A stretch of 64,000 bases of DNA from NCBI GenBank assembly GCA_030390025.1, contig CM059432.1:119538001-119602000 (forward strand), read 5' to 3'. Position numbers and translations under genes: made by a program. Shown here piece by piece: positions 24,760-37,159 of the stretch. Under the pieces are notes generated by a model. It searched no databases. It saw only the letters and a list, made by a program, of their open reading frames with translations, and was not told the DNA's origin. Each line of letters begins with the position of its first letter. The first letter of the stretch is position 1. This DNA is from Squalus acanthias. Lineage: Eukaryota.

Positions 24760-26880
24760 TTTTTTTATTCGTTCATGGGATGTGGGCATCGCTGGCAAGG
24801 CCAGCATTTATTGCCCATCCCTAATTGCCCTTGAGAAGGTGGTGGTGAGCCGCCTTCTTGAACTGCAGCAGTCCGTGTGGTGATGGTACTCCCACTGTGT
24901 TGTTAGGGAGGGAGTTTTAGGATTTTGACCCAGCGACGATGAAGGAATGACGATATAATTCCAAGTGAGGATGGTGTGTGACTTGGAGGGGAACTTTGAA
25001 GTGGTGGTGTTCCCATGCACCTGCTGCACTTGTCCTTCTAGGTGGAAGAGGTTGCAGGTTTGGGAGGTGCTGTTGAAGAAGCTTTGGTGAGTTGCTGCAG
25101 TGCATCTTGTAGATGGTACACACTGCAGCCACGGTACGCCGGTGGTGGAGGAAGTGAACCTTTAAGGTGGTGGATAGGGTGCCAATTGAGCGGGCTGCTT
25201 TGTCCTGGATGGTGTCGAGCTTCTTAAATGTTGTTGGAGCTGCACTCATCCAGGCAAGTGGAGGGTATTCCATCACACTCCTGACTTGTGATTTGTAGAT
25301 ATTGGAAAGGCTTTGGGGAGTCAGGAGGTGCGACACTCGCCGCAGAATACCCAGCCTCTGAACTGCTCTTGTAGCCACAGTATTTATGTGGTTTGTAGCC
25401 AGTTCCTGCAGCAAGAACGCATTCAACTTAAATGATACCAACATTAAAGGGTCAAACGGCTGTACTGTAAAGGCAGTTTTGTGAAATTGACCAAACATAA
25501 GAAACTGACCAAACTTTGTATTGTAGCATAACATGAGGAAAGACAAGACTTTTAAAAGGAATTTGTAATACACGCTCTGGATTAAGCAGCATAAGAACCA
25601 CAGACACGACTCTTTTACTTCATGAATATGCTAACCAAGGAAGTGGCTGGAACAATCAAACCACACAATGGCATGTGTTTGTGTAAATTCAACTGACCAT
25701 CCTGTCCAGTGAAACTTCTTGGTCCAGCTGTTAACCAGACTTACAATTGGTTCCACCGAGTCTGGAACATCTCCCTCATCTTTTGGAAATGTTAATGGCA
25801 GGATTGTCATTGGATTGAAACCTTTCAAACTGATGATAAGCAAGGAAGTGTCTAATCAAGACATTTCTTTGTGTGATAATGAACGAACATCAAACAGGAT
25901 GAAGACATTTTTTTTGTCTTGTATAGTTTGAAATCGAACAGAATAAGAACATAAGAACATAAGAAATAGGAGCAGGAGTAGGCCAATCGGCCCCTCGAGC
26001 CTGCTCCGCCATTCAATAAGATCATGGCTGATCATGAATGACAGAAAGACGATATTAAGATGGTACAATCAAAAGGGGAAGGGTTTGCGTCAGTCTATTG
26101 TCACGGGTTTTGATCTTTTGTATTATAAAAGGGTATGTTTAGAAACAGAGGGTGGCAACTTGCAAGGAAACTGCGGAGGGTTTGATCACCCGTACAGATG
26201 GAAACAGACTCCTCCACTTGATCGCCGGGGTGAGTGGTGTTTGAAATTAAAGAGTTAAAGGGAACGTTATGTATGTGTATGTTAGTATTGTTTGGAGTTA
26301 TAAGGGAACAGTGCATTGTTGTTTGTATGTTATTCGTAGTACAATAAATAGTTAAAGGCATACTGAGTTGTACTGAGTTTGTGAGCTTTGACCATTTCTC
26401 TCCACCCAGAAGGGGTTCAAGTTGGATTCTGGAATTATAAGACGGGAGGTGCGGGTTCACCTACCTACAGATTGGTCCAGTTAAGTTTCTGGTTAATGGT
26501 AACCCCCAGGATGTTAATGGTGGGGGATTCGGTGATTGTAATGCCGTTGAATGTCAAGGGGCGGTGGTTAGACTCTCTCTTGTTGGAGATAGCCATTGTC
26601 TGGTACTTCTGTGGCATGAATGTTACTTGCCACTTATCAGCCGAAGCCTGAATGCTGTCTAGGTCTTGCTGCATGCGGGCATGGACTGCTTCATTATCTG
26701 AGGAGTTACGAATGGAACTGAACACTGTGCAGTCATCAGCGAACATCCCCACTTCTGACCTTATGACTGAGGGAAGGTCATTGATGAAGCAGCTGAAGAT
26801 GGTTGGGCCTAGGACACTGCCCTGAGGAACTCCTGCAGCGGTGTCCTGGGGCTGAGATAGTTGGGCCTCCAACAACCTTT
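24760..26880 (-). mobile_element. One 3' copy of the 6121-type LINE, split by a solo LTR
   Basis: 26470-26880 ends ...QKLNWT and 24760-25393 resumes NHINTVATR, so the RT is contiguous; 3' tail at 24760-24830. Confidence 0.85.
25394..26469 (+). mobile_element. Solo LTR (probably Gypsy-type), with a CR1 tail at ~25945-26035
   Basis: TGTAG...CTACA; TSD GGTT/GATT; TATAAAA at ~26124, AATAAA at 26343; interrupts the LINE precisely. Confidence 0.75.
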
Positions 26881-27215
26881 ATTTGTGCTGCATTGCATTT
26901 GTAAATAAAACTTGCATATTCTTCTTTGTAGTACACGCAATACCACTAAGTTTTGGTAACAGATGTTTAATATCAGCCAGAATGAAAGGGTGATTAAAAA
27001 CAACGGGAGTAGTTTTAATTTAACTCGCCATTCGGGAAACTGACAGAAACAGATTGGCTCCCCTTTTTACACCACGTCTGATTTTACTTTTTATTGAAGC
27101 AGAGGGAAGTACTATGTCGATAGCAAAATACTGCGGATGCTGGAAATCTGAAATAACAACAGAAAACGCTGGAAAAACTCAGCAGGCCAGGCAGCATCCG
27201 TGGAGAGAGAAAGAG

Positions 27216-27252
27216 AGTTAACGTTTCAGGTCGATGACCTTTCGTCAGAACT
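27216..27252 (-). ncRNA. Minimal type I hammerhead ribozyme motif
   Basis: Minus strand: AGTT-CTGACGA-AAGGTCATCGACCT-GAAA-CG-TT-AACT (stem I AGTT/AACT, core CUGANGA, stem II AGGTC/GACCT, GAAA, palindromic stem III). Confidence 0.75.
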
Positions 27253-27529
27253 GTGAAGAGCCGGAAATCAAATAGATTTAAGGCCAGAGTAAAGCTGGGA
27301 AAAGGGGGAGGGGATAAAAGAACAAAGGGGGGGATGAAGAGACATTAAGAGACATTAAGAGATATGCAAGGCTAGAGGTGGTGTTAATGTGACAGATTAA
27401 GGCTGAAAGAAGTGTGAAATCCACTGGCAGAATGAAGGACAGCTGCCAGCTTCTAGGAGGAAAAAAAAGGTGGGGGGGGGCAAATAAAAGGGTGGAAAAA
27501 ATAAAATATAAATGTGATTGGAGCTGAGG

Positions 27530-28364
27530 TTATGATCTAAAATTGTTGAACTCGATATTGAGTCCAGAGGGCTGTAGCGTGCCTAAACGAAAGATGAGGT
27601 GCTGTTCCTCGAGCTTACGCTGCGCTTCCGTGGAACAGTGTAATAGGCCGAGGACGGTGAGGTCAGAGTGGGAGTGAAGCGGTGAATTAAAGTGACAGGC
27701 CACCGGGAGCTCGGGGTCCCCCTTACGGACTGAACGGAGGTGTTCCGCAAAGCGGTCACCCAATCTGCGTTTGGTCTCCCCAATGTAGAGGAGACCACAT
27801 CGTGAGCAGCGAATACAGTATACTAAATTGCAGGAAGTACAAGTAAATCGCTGTTTCACCTGGAAGGGGTGTTTGGGGCCCTGGACAGTGGGAAGAGGGG
27901 AGGTATAAGGGCATGTGTTGCATCTCCTGCGCGTGCACGGGAAGGTGCCGGGCGAAGGGGAAGGGGTGCTGGGGGTGGTAGAGGAGTGGACTAGGGTGTC
28001 GCGGAGGGAGCGGTCCCTGCGGAATGCTGAAAGGGGAGGTGAGGGGAAGATGTGTTTGGTGGTGGGATCACGCTGGAGGTGGCGGAAATGGCGGAGGATG
28101 ATCCGTTGAATGTGGAGGCTGGTGGGGTGAAAGGTGAGGACAAGGGGAACCCTATCGTGGTTCCGGGAGGGAGGGGCAGGGGTGAGGGCAGAAGTGCGGG
28201 AGATAGAACGGACATGGTCGAGGGCCGTGTCGACCACGGTAGAGGGGAATCCTCGGTTGAGGAAAAAGGAAGACATGTCGGAAGCACTGGTATGGAAGGT
28301 GGCATCATCAGAGCAGATGCGGCGGAGACGGAGAAACTGGGAGAATGGAATAGAGTCCTTACAG
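27530..28364 (-). CDS. Penelope RT C-terminus + GIY-YIG endonuclease (partial)
   Basis: SIPFSQFLRLRRICS...NLVYCIRCSRCGLLYIGETKRRLGDRFAEH...HFN...RKLEEQHLIFRLGTLQPSGLN; frame open to the stop at 27530. Confidence 0.9.
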
Positions 28365-29289
28365 GAGTACTATGTGCCTGACTGAAAATTATACCCAATA
28401 GCTTCTAAAACAATGCCAAATCTTGCTTCTGGCTTTTATTGCATGTTGGAAAACCATTGACAATGTCCTGTCGAATAGTCTTGAGCATTTTCTTCATTGC
28501 CATGTTATAAATCTATGGCCTGCCTTGGATATCGGAGGTCATTTTTATCTAGCTCGCTCGTGGGAAGCTGCCTGTTTTACTCCTCGCCCTATTTCACTTT
28601 CCATCGAAAACAAATCCCCTGGTTATCTGAAATTTGCTTTTATGTTGCCCTCTTCCTTCTAATAATTTTTTTCTTCTCAACTAACTTTTGTGTGATTCTG
28701 AATTCTCAGATTTTGTTGAATTTAAAAAAATAATTCTCCTTGAGTTATTTTGATCCTCAAACATCCCTTCATTATCTTCCCATATTGCGGGAGATTAGAG
28801 TACAAAAGGGTAATAGTAAAAACATTGTGATAAATTCAATAAGCTATGTCTTGTACAAAAACAATTGTAAGTTCTATTTTATGTCATTGGCTACTTAAAA
28901 GAGGAAATAACAATTTTTGACATTTTCTTTTCACTTTCTGATTTTCTTTACCTTAATCTTCCTTCCTGGCTGTTCAGTGTCAGACTTTAATTCCCTTCCT
29001 ACTCTTGGCCTTCCCACTTGACTGGTGTCTGCCTCTCAGCTGCCCTTCCCTCCCATTCCTATTTTGCTGCATTGCCACAACTCCTCATACTTGTAGTGAC
29101 ATTGCAGGGTTTATCCAAGCATGGTTATTATGGGAAAACATTAGACATTGTATTTCTCACCATTAATGCCACAGCAATGCTGGATGCTAGGATCGCTGGT
29201 TTATACCTGACGTCCCTCTTGGCCTCACTGGTAGCAACAGGAAGCACTAAAGGAGGTGGGCTATTCTTGCATCTTCAGTGTCACTGAAG

Positions 29290-29625
29290 CAGTTAAACCA
29301 CTTTGATTAGTGTTGACGATATCAAAATACTCGTCGCATCAAATATGAGGAATAGAGGGGCTGTCAATCCTGACTGAGGTGAAAGCAGGAGCGGATGCAA
29401 GGAAAGATCGAAGCAGGTGAGATAAAGGATTGAAAATGAGCATAGGTGGGCTGGAAGGGAGAAAGGTCTCACTGAATATGTACTGGGATAGGAGGTTGGA
29501 GATGAAAACAATGGGCAGGCAGGTGAGGAATATAGAGTTGCAGAAGTATAGAGAGGATATTTTAGAGAAATCAGACTGGCAGCACAAAATAGTCAGACTG
29601 TCAGCTCCTTCATTGGAGTAAAAGA
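29290..29625 (-). mobile_element. Very old L2-like RT fragment
   Basis: Weak ISNL..S-type translation, adjacent to a SINE. Confidence 0.3.
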
Positions 29626-29639
29626 AAGAAACAAAGAAA

Positions 29640-29830
29640 TTTCTTTTATATATCACGACCCCAGGCTATCCCGAAGTGCTTTACAGCCAATGAAGTACTT
29701 TTGAAGTGTAATCACTGTTGTAATGTAGGAAACGTGGCAGCCAATTTGTACACAGCAAGGTCCCACAAACAACAATGCAATAATGACCAGATAATCTGTT
29801 TTAGTGATGTTCGTTGAGGGATAAATATTA
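29640..29830 (-). mobile_element. Deu-domain SINE fragment
   Basis: Matches the 3' half of the SINE at 22496. Confidence 0.8.
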
Positions 29831-30798
29831 GCTGTTTATTTTTTAACATATGGAACATAGCCTGTAATTCTTGCAGTTGATGACATAAATGATAGAATAT
29901 TGATTATCACATTACAGTGTTTTCTACTCTTACCCATATGTTTTCTAACCTCTCCACTGAAATGGGGAGTTAGAGAATATCACAGAGTGCGTGGGAATCC
30001 TGGAGATGCAGAGCAGGCAAAGGATGTGGATCGAGTATGGTGCATCTCAGACTTGGTTCCTACGGTTTCAGAATTGGGAAAAACCATCAGCTAATCCTCA
30101 GGTATAACTGGTGTTCTTTTTAACCTCTTTGAATTAAAGTATTATCGTGGAACGGATGAAATGTGCAGTTGCAGATTATTTAACATCGGTGATCTTGCTA
30201 TGGTCTTCTCATTCTGTGTGTACTTTATGTATGAGAAATAACAGAGAGCTGTTGTATCTGTAGTAAAGAAAGAGAGAAAGAGCTGTAAAGGAAGACGCTA
30301 TGTTTGGGTCAATTGAAGTTTTTTTCCTTATATATATTACACTCATTGTTTTGACACAAATTTTATTTTTTCACCATATGCCTTAAGCTATCTTTGCACA
30401 GACATTAACCATTGTGATTGACCTCTCATTATCTCCATATTCTTTCTCATCTTAGTAAAAACAAACAGCTCCACTGAAGCTTATATCATTTTGACTGTTC
30501 ATTAGATCATTTGTCATTACTGAACACTTGGCTGCTAAGAATATTTGTGGAACACGCATAAATTCTTTGCACTTTAAATAGGGTGTTAAAGACACCTCCT
30601 CTGCCAGCTGAACGATCACACATCAGCTTTTTATCATGTGCGCTGAGACAAGAGTTGAAAAATTGCTTCAGTAAAAGTTTAAAACCAGGCCATTTTAGAG
30701 AATTAAATGGATAAACCGAGGTGCAGCAGCCTCCAAAGAAACAGCGTGTGACTTAACCATTAAGATTCAATTACAGTGTGCCAAATTCACTCACCCTT

Positions 30799-31381
30799 GG
30801 CCTCAAAATTCCTCAGGCCCGGTGGCTCAAAACTTCTATAATTTGGATGGGTGGATGGAATCTGGGGCAGGGCCTAGTTATGCCAGGTTCCCTACTCTTA
30901 CACCAACCGTTAAAAATTCCCCCAGAAGCAGGGTGGTCTCATGATACACCCACAAAAATACTGTAATCGGGGTGTGGGTGATGTGAGGGAGGGTGGCGCC
31001 AATTATGATGGCATGTGCATCCCTGGTGCCCAGCATTGCTAAGGGATGGGTTCAGCAATGTAATGGACCACGGAGTGGTTGATTGCATTATAGAAACCAC
31101 CCTAATGAGAAAGCAGCCCATTTTTTTTGTACTTTGTCCTACTGCTTCCAGCAGATATGTGCCTAGTTTATGCTGCAGCAAGGGATTACAGTGAATCCCC
31201 TCCCCCCACCTGAGGCAATTGCCCCATTGGCGACGTAAATAGTGCGGGCAACTGCCCACAACATATAAATGCCTCCGACCCTGGGAAGTGGTCTGTGGTC
31301 AGGAGTGCAAATAACAGGCGGGCGGAAGTCCCAGACCACCAAATTTCCACTAGCAAACCAGGACCGCAGGAATTTCTGGGT
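30799..31381. mobile_element. Old Harbinger-type MITE
   Basis: GGCCTCAAAATTCCT...AGGAATTTCTGGGT ends. Confidence 0.5.
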
Positions 31382-31394
31382 AATAAGATTGCAA

Positions 31395-31740
31395 GTTTGA
31401 GACCTGTACCAGGACTTGAGCATAAAATCTAGGCTGACATTCCATTGCAGTATTTAGTGAGTTCGGCATTGTTGGAGATATGGTCCTTTGGATGAGATGT
31501 TAAACTGAGGCTCCTTCTCCCTTTTAAAGATCCCATGGAAGTCGAAAAGGTGTTCTCTTGATGTCCTGGTCAACATTGCTCCCTCAAGAAAAGCGGGCAC
31601 AATCAGATTAATTGGTCGTTCATCTTGTTGCTGTTTGCAAGATCTTGCTATGTGTAAAAATGGATGTTGTATCTATCTACATAACAGTTACTACATTTCA
31701 AAATATTTTCTGAGAAATATAATAAGATGCTTTAGAAGTG
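31395..31740 (+). mobile_element. Degenerate Deu-domain SINE
   Basis: GGATGAGATGTTAAACTGAGG, AAAGATCCCATGG, GTCCTGGTCAA motifs. Confidence 0.7.
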
Positions 31741-32575
31741 CTACTCCCATACTTTTACAGTATTAGAATGTGATGACACACTTCTTGTTAATTCTACTCA
31801 GAACCTGATGAAGAGTTCGACTCGATTACATGATGGAAGTGTTGCTAGGACCGATGGAAGTGCTAATTGACCTGTGATTGCACAACGATGTAAGTGCCAA
31901 ACTTCACCTTTGGAACAGTTCTCTCAACAGTCATGTGCACTTATGAGATTGAAGTATTTTCTCAGCTGAAGTAAGTGAAGCTTTCGTTTTTGGATAACTT
32001 AATTGGTAAATGCACAAACATGTTAATGCCCAGCCCTATATATTTTATCCTGAAATTGTGATCCAAAGATAATCTTAAAAACGTGACTAAAAATAACTGA
32101 GGCACAGCATGTTTCTCAGTTTGCACAATTATTTATAAAAGTCAATAACTTACATTTTCAGTCCAGTGCTTAATTTTACTGAGAAAACAAATGTTATAAG
32201 TCTGCTGTGTAATGTTTTTCTTTGCTTACTAATTTTTCCTTCTGCCCCGCAATCCTAAAGGAAGTGGTTGGGATTTTCTGCATGCGCAGTTGCGAGCTTA
32301 AAATTGTCCTTCCATGCAAATAAACGAACAGGAAGATCAAGGGCACAGAGCACAGAAGCAGAAAATCACGGTTTGTGATGCTTGCTGAGATGCAGGGTGT
32401 CATCAGCCCCTCGAGTACTTAGCCCCTGGATCCATTCTTCATGTGTGAGCCTAGAAAGTGAGCAGTCATCAAAGGGTATTCACCATGGGTCTACACAGCT
32501 GGGATGGAGCTTGTCCATACTCTACATCCACACATCTGTGCTTTCCAGCAGAGGTCTGATTGTTTTTCCCCTCTC

Positions 32576-33010
32576 GGCTGTGGCTCAGTGGGTAGCACCC
32601 TCACCTCTGAGTCAGAGGTTGTGGGTTCAAGTCTCACTTCAGAGACTTGAGCACAAAAATCATGGCTGACACTCCAGGGCCAGTACTGAGGGAGTGCTGC
32701 ACTGTCGGAGGTGCCGTCTTTCGGATGAGACGTTAAACCGAGGCCCAGTCTGCTCTCTCAGGTGGGCATAAAAGATGCCGTGGCACTATTTCGAGGAGCA
32801 GGGGAGTTATCCCCAGTGTCCTAGCCAATATTTATCACTCAATCAACATCAATAAAATGGATTCTCTGGTCATTGTCACATTGGTGTTTGTGGGAGCTTG
32901 CTGTGCGCAAATTGGCTGCTGCGTTTCTTAAATTGCAACAGTGACTACACTTCAAAAAGTATTTTATTGGCTGTAAAGTGTTTTGGGTTGTCCGGTGGTC
33001 ATGAAAGGCG
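32576..33010 (+). mobile_element. Near full-length tRNA-derived Deu-domain SINE
   Basis: A box TGGCTCAGTGG (32581), B box GGTTCAAGTC (32625), Deu body, tail cut at TGAAAGGCG. Confidence 0.88.
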
Positions 33011-33446
33011 TAGCGCCGTAGTACTACAGGCCTCCCTCCCCTGATTAAAGGGGAGGGGCCAGGGCCCTGCAGAACCACCAGGGAGCCCGGCACTCGAGGA
33101 GTACTGGGCTGCCCAATCACAGCCAGCACCCCGCAGGAGGAGGTGAGAGGGGGCAGGTGCTGGCAGGTGGCCCCAAAAAAATGGCCGCCCGGCACCCTGA
33201 CCCTGTCGGAAATAGCGTCCCATGGTAGGTCAGGGGGCGCGAGCCAAGTTTGCTGCTGAGGCGCTGCGCACGGCGATGATGTCAATGCTGGAGGCACAGC
33301 GTCGCGGGCTGCTACCGGCTATCGCCGCCGCTAACCTCCCGCTAAATTTCGCGGGAGGCGTTAGCGGCACCGCGCCCGGGCATTAGGTGCTTTGCGCTCC
33401 GTTAGCTCCCTCTGGGGGAGACGCAAAGCAACCAAATTTTTCCCCC
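33010..33446. mobile_element. One-ended Harbinger-type fragment
   Basis: Ends ACCAAATTTTTCCCCC; subterminal region resembles 1150-1350. Confidence 0.65.
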
Positions 33447-35148
33447 TATGATTTTAATGATGAAAACAAGTTCATGAAGGTCCACCAATGTGCCGCACTG
33501 GTCAGTACCCCAAGATCTACATCTAAAGGTTCCAATACCCTTACCTGGAAACGTTGGAGCAGACCTGTTTGGCTGCCTTCACTTTTTGCTATCACGAAAG
33601 ACTGACCTGCAGACAACATCTACCGCACTGATGGTTCTTCTGCATTCTAATGTCTCCTACATTAAAACAGTGACTACACATCAAATTTTCTTACTTGGCT
33701 GTAAAGTGCTTTGAGGCATCCTGAGGTTGTGAAAGGCACTATATAAATCCAAGTTCTTTTTTTATTGGTGTGAAGCAGAAAGCTTTTATGCTGCTGGACC
33801 CTTGCTTACCAGATTAGTCAGTCTGAATTCCAGAGATGCCTCAAGCAAGTGACAGGCCCTTATAGCCATGAATCTGCTGGCCTGTCCAACCAGCGGAGGT
33901 GTTGCTGAGTGGGCACTGTTGACCTCTGCTCGTGACTCTGCCAGCAAAACCCAGGGGATCAGGACGGATCGACTTATTAACAAGCTATATTTTGCAATTG
34001 CAATCTTGGGCACTTAGAGTGACAAAATGTGGCATGTTAATGATTGCCCCGCCCACTAACTGATATTTCTTGAATCTGAAAGGGCAGCCTGGGTTGGACA
34101 AACATGCAGATACTCAGAGAGGAAGTTGCATTATCTGTCCCTTCCCTTTCTATGTTTCAGGAGCTGGGCCAAAAAAAAATCTTGTCTTCTCGGCTCTCTT
34201 CCGGGCTGCGCTGCCGGCTTTCTCTGGTGGGCCCAGCACTTGTCATGGGTCGCACGACTGCACGTTTAAATCACGGCAGGGTCCTATTTACGTCATGCGC
34301 TGCTGGCCGAAATACGGCAGTTAAATTGGCGGCAGGCGTGAATGCGGCCCCAACCCGCAGAGGAGGAGGCTCTGCTACTGTTTTAACACCTCACCACGCC
34401 CCGGTCTCATCGGGCATGGTCGGTTTTGACATATCTGGGACAGAGATGCTAAACTGGTTCAAAATGCAAAACAATTAAATCACCAGGGTCGGACGGTATG
34501 CCCAAGGGTGCTAAGCGAGAATAGCGATGAAAGTGCTAACAGTCTTTATGATGGAGTCAGTGAATGCAGGAATGATCTGATTGATTTGGAAACTAGCTCA
34601 CAGGGTACCAGTTTTCACTAAAAAGCAACATCACAAAGCCAGCTAACGACATTCATTTGTCTTACATCAGTAACAGGCAAAATGATGAATTCATCATCAG
34701 GAACAACTTCGAGGAACATTTGTATGAAAATTACCCAATAAAATACAGGGTTACAATTCAGGCATTCTCCAGAACAAAGGACCACTTCTCCAGGGAAGCC
34801 CACACTGATGAGCAATAAATGCATTTGCCGTCAATGTGTGTACTGGAAATAATTACTCTATTTAGCTGAAAAATGGGTGCGTGGAGCGCGAGGCGCGATC
34901 TGCCCACGCCCGTTCAAAGTGCTGCAGGCAGCACGCAAAATTCCTGCTGCCTGCTCATTTACATGATTAGAGCGCTGATCACTGTGCTAAATGCACTGCT
35001 GGTTAGCTTAGCACTCAACCGGGGTGGGTGGGGGGGCGGGGCTAATATCCTGGGCCATCTTCTGGCCAATAAAATTTTGCCTAGGCTCTCTCCCTACTTA
35101 AAGGGGAGGTGCTTTGTTGCAGAAGCACTTCATTGTCACTCTGAAGCC

Positions 35149-37005
35149 ATGGCTCAACAGGGAAGAGAGAGGGCAAGGAGATTCCCAGATGCAGCACTGA
35201 GGCCTTGGTCCTGGGGTGCACAGAAGACACCAGGTCCTCTACCCATGGAGGGGAGGAGGCCTTCCAGGCAGCATGCCAGAAGGCAGTGGGAGGCGACAGC
35301 ACAAGCCATCAATGCCACGTGTGTTGTTTCCAGGACCTGAATCCAGCAAGAAGTTTAATGACCTCACACGAGTGGTCAAGGTGAATGAATGCATCTTCAA
35401 ATGCCATATCCCACCAACTGCACCATTAGCATCACACACTGCTCAATGCACCACACCCCCATCTCTCACCTACCAACAGTCTCTAGTAATCACGACTCAT
35501 ACCTCACATTCATAGTTTCATCTCACCCCCACACACTTACCACTGCTACAAGAGTCACACCTACATCTCACACCTTGCACACACTGCCAGCTAATCAACC
35601 ATGGCAGGCACCTCACCCAAACACATTGCACCGCACTCACTGACACACTTAATTTTCTCTTGCAGGCAAAGGTGGCTCACAACAGACGTTAGCAGCAGCA
35701 GATAGGTGGAGGGGAAGCCCAACTTCCGAACCTTACTGCGCTGTAGGAAACTGTGCTGGAGATCATTGGAGGGGCCGTCATTGCGAGGATGGTGAGCGCA
35801 TGGTTGAAAACATTGTTGATGACTGTATGCCCATACCTAATCCTTCTTCTCACATCCCGCTTCCTCCTCATCCCACAATCTCTTCTCAGTTACAAGCCGT
35901 TAATGGCGTAAGCATGCACATCTTGATTTCCCCCTACCCCCACAACACCCCAACCCTTGTACCTTTCTCCTTTCAGATACCCAAGAACTGCTTGTTCCCA
36001 ACGTTGTGAAGGAGAAGAGTTAAGGAGAAGAAGAGGCACTGTCACTCGATCTGACACTCCCAGGCACCAGCTCAGAAAATGTCGCTGCGCGGACTTTAGA
36101 GCAAAGTATAGAGGCGGGATCTGCACGTGTTGAGTCACCGGGCACGAGTGCGCTGCAGCCAGGCCAGGGGGAAAGGGTTGCTCAGGTGCCAGCTCTGCGG
36201 AGGGCGAGTTCGCGCACAAGTTCTGCTGCACAGGACTCAGATGATGATTTTGATGGGGCGGCCTTCAGAAGAAGGATGATGGGCATGCACACAGAAATGC
36301 TTGGTGTAATGGCAAGCCTGCCAGAGAGCCTCTTGTCAGTGTCAAGGAACATGGAGGAGTTCGGCTCCAACATTGCACGGGGCTTTGTGTGAAGATTGGA
36401 GCCCATGATTTCAAGAATGGAAATGATGGGTAACTCCATTAGGACACTTGTAGACTCAACCATGATGCTGGGTGTGATGGGCGATGTCGCAGCTTCCATT
36501 GCAGCACAAGTGGAAGCGACCCAACATCTGAGTGCTGCAATGGAAGCTCAGACTGCTGCCATTGTTGTTGGGTTTGCAAGTGTGGAAAGGGGCTTGCAGG
36601 GTCTCACAGCAGTCCGGCAATCTGTTCTCCAACAGATGGCTAGGAATGCTGAGGCGCCATCCTGAGGGAGTGGCAGTGGCTCCGTGGAGCACGGACCTGC
36701 TCTCCTCTCTCAGGAGGACAGCATGCCTACTCCCACCACTGCCACTCCGCCAGAACACTTGCTGCTGCCTGTCAGCCTGCCAGCCTAGTCTGCTGCCGCC
36801 CATGCCGAGGTGGTGCAGTCTACAGCCGGGCCTACTAAGCCCAGAGCCCAGAGCTCCTCGCGGTTGTCCTGCAAGGCCATCTGCAGTCTCCCCCACTGAA
36901 AGTCAGCAGCCTTCCACCAGCAATGCTGCAGCACTGCGTAGGAGCACCAAAGTAGGCAAAGGAGCACAAAAGACAGACAGTAAGGGAATACACAAGGGTG
37001 ATTAG
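35149..37005 (+). pseudogene. Three-exon Harbinger Myb/SANT-like gene, degraded
   Basis: Exon 1 MAQQGRERARRFPDAAL...KKFNDLTRVVK|GTGAAT; exon 2 from 35666 AKVAHNRR*QQQIGGG; exon 3 from ~35978, coiled-coil-like, ending KGD*. Confidence 0.85.
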
Positions 37006-37159
37006 TTGATGTTGTTGTGTAGTTTTGCATTGATTAATTGATAAATTTTGTTTGGAAAGTTTGTTTTGTGGTGGCTCTCATTTCAGCTTTGTGCCCAAGA
37101 GGATGCTGTGATGTTTTGTGACAGAGGGATGGTAAGGTGGGGAAGTGGTGAGCAATGGG

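Larger units (their letters stand above)
27118..28365 (-). mobile_element. Penelope-like retroelement, 5'-truncated, young
   Basis: 10-bp TSD AGTACTATGT (27108-27117 / 28366-28375); GIY-YIG coding region; terminal sequence with hammerhead motif. Confidence 0.92.

Noticed and set aside
25745..25829. Candidate minus-strand host exon (LKGFNPMTILPLTFPKDEGDVPDSVEPI) with AG/GT borders
   Set aside because: Lies inside the solo LTR; no recognisable protein or partner exons.
31802..31889. Exon-like segment and hammerhead-like CTGATGA-AGAGTTCGACTC
   Set aside because: Stops in all three frames; the required GAAA reads GATT and no stem I/III or Penelope context is present.
32576..32650. tRNA gene (also at 6121, ~53300, ~57510)
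   Set aside because: A/B boxes continue into SINE or LINE bodies; no complete cloverleaf.
34670..34818. Possible terminal coding exon (NRQNDEFIIRNNFEEH...)
   Set aside because: Short, no recognisable homology, no linked upstream exons.
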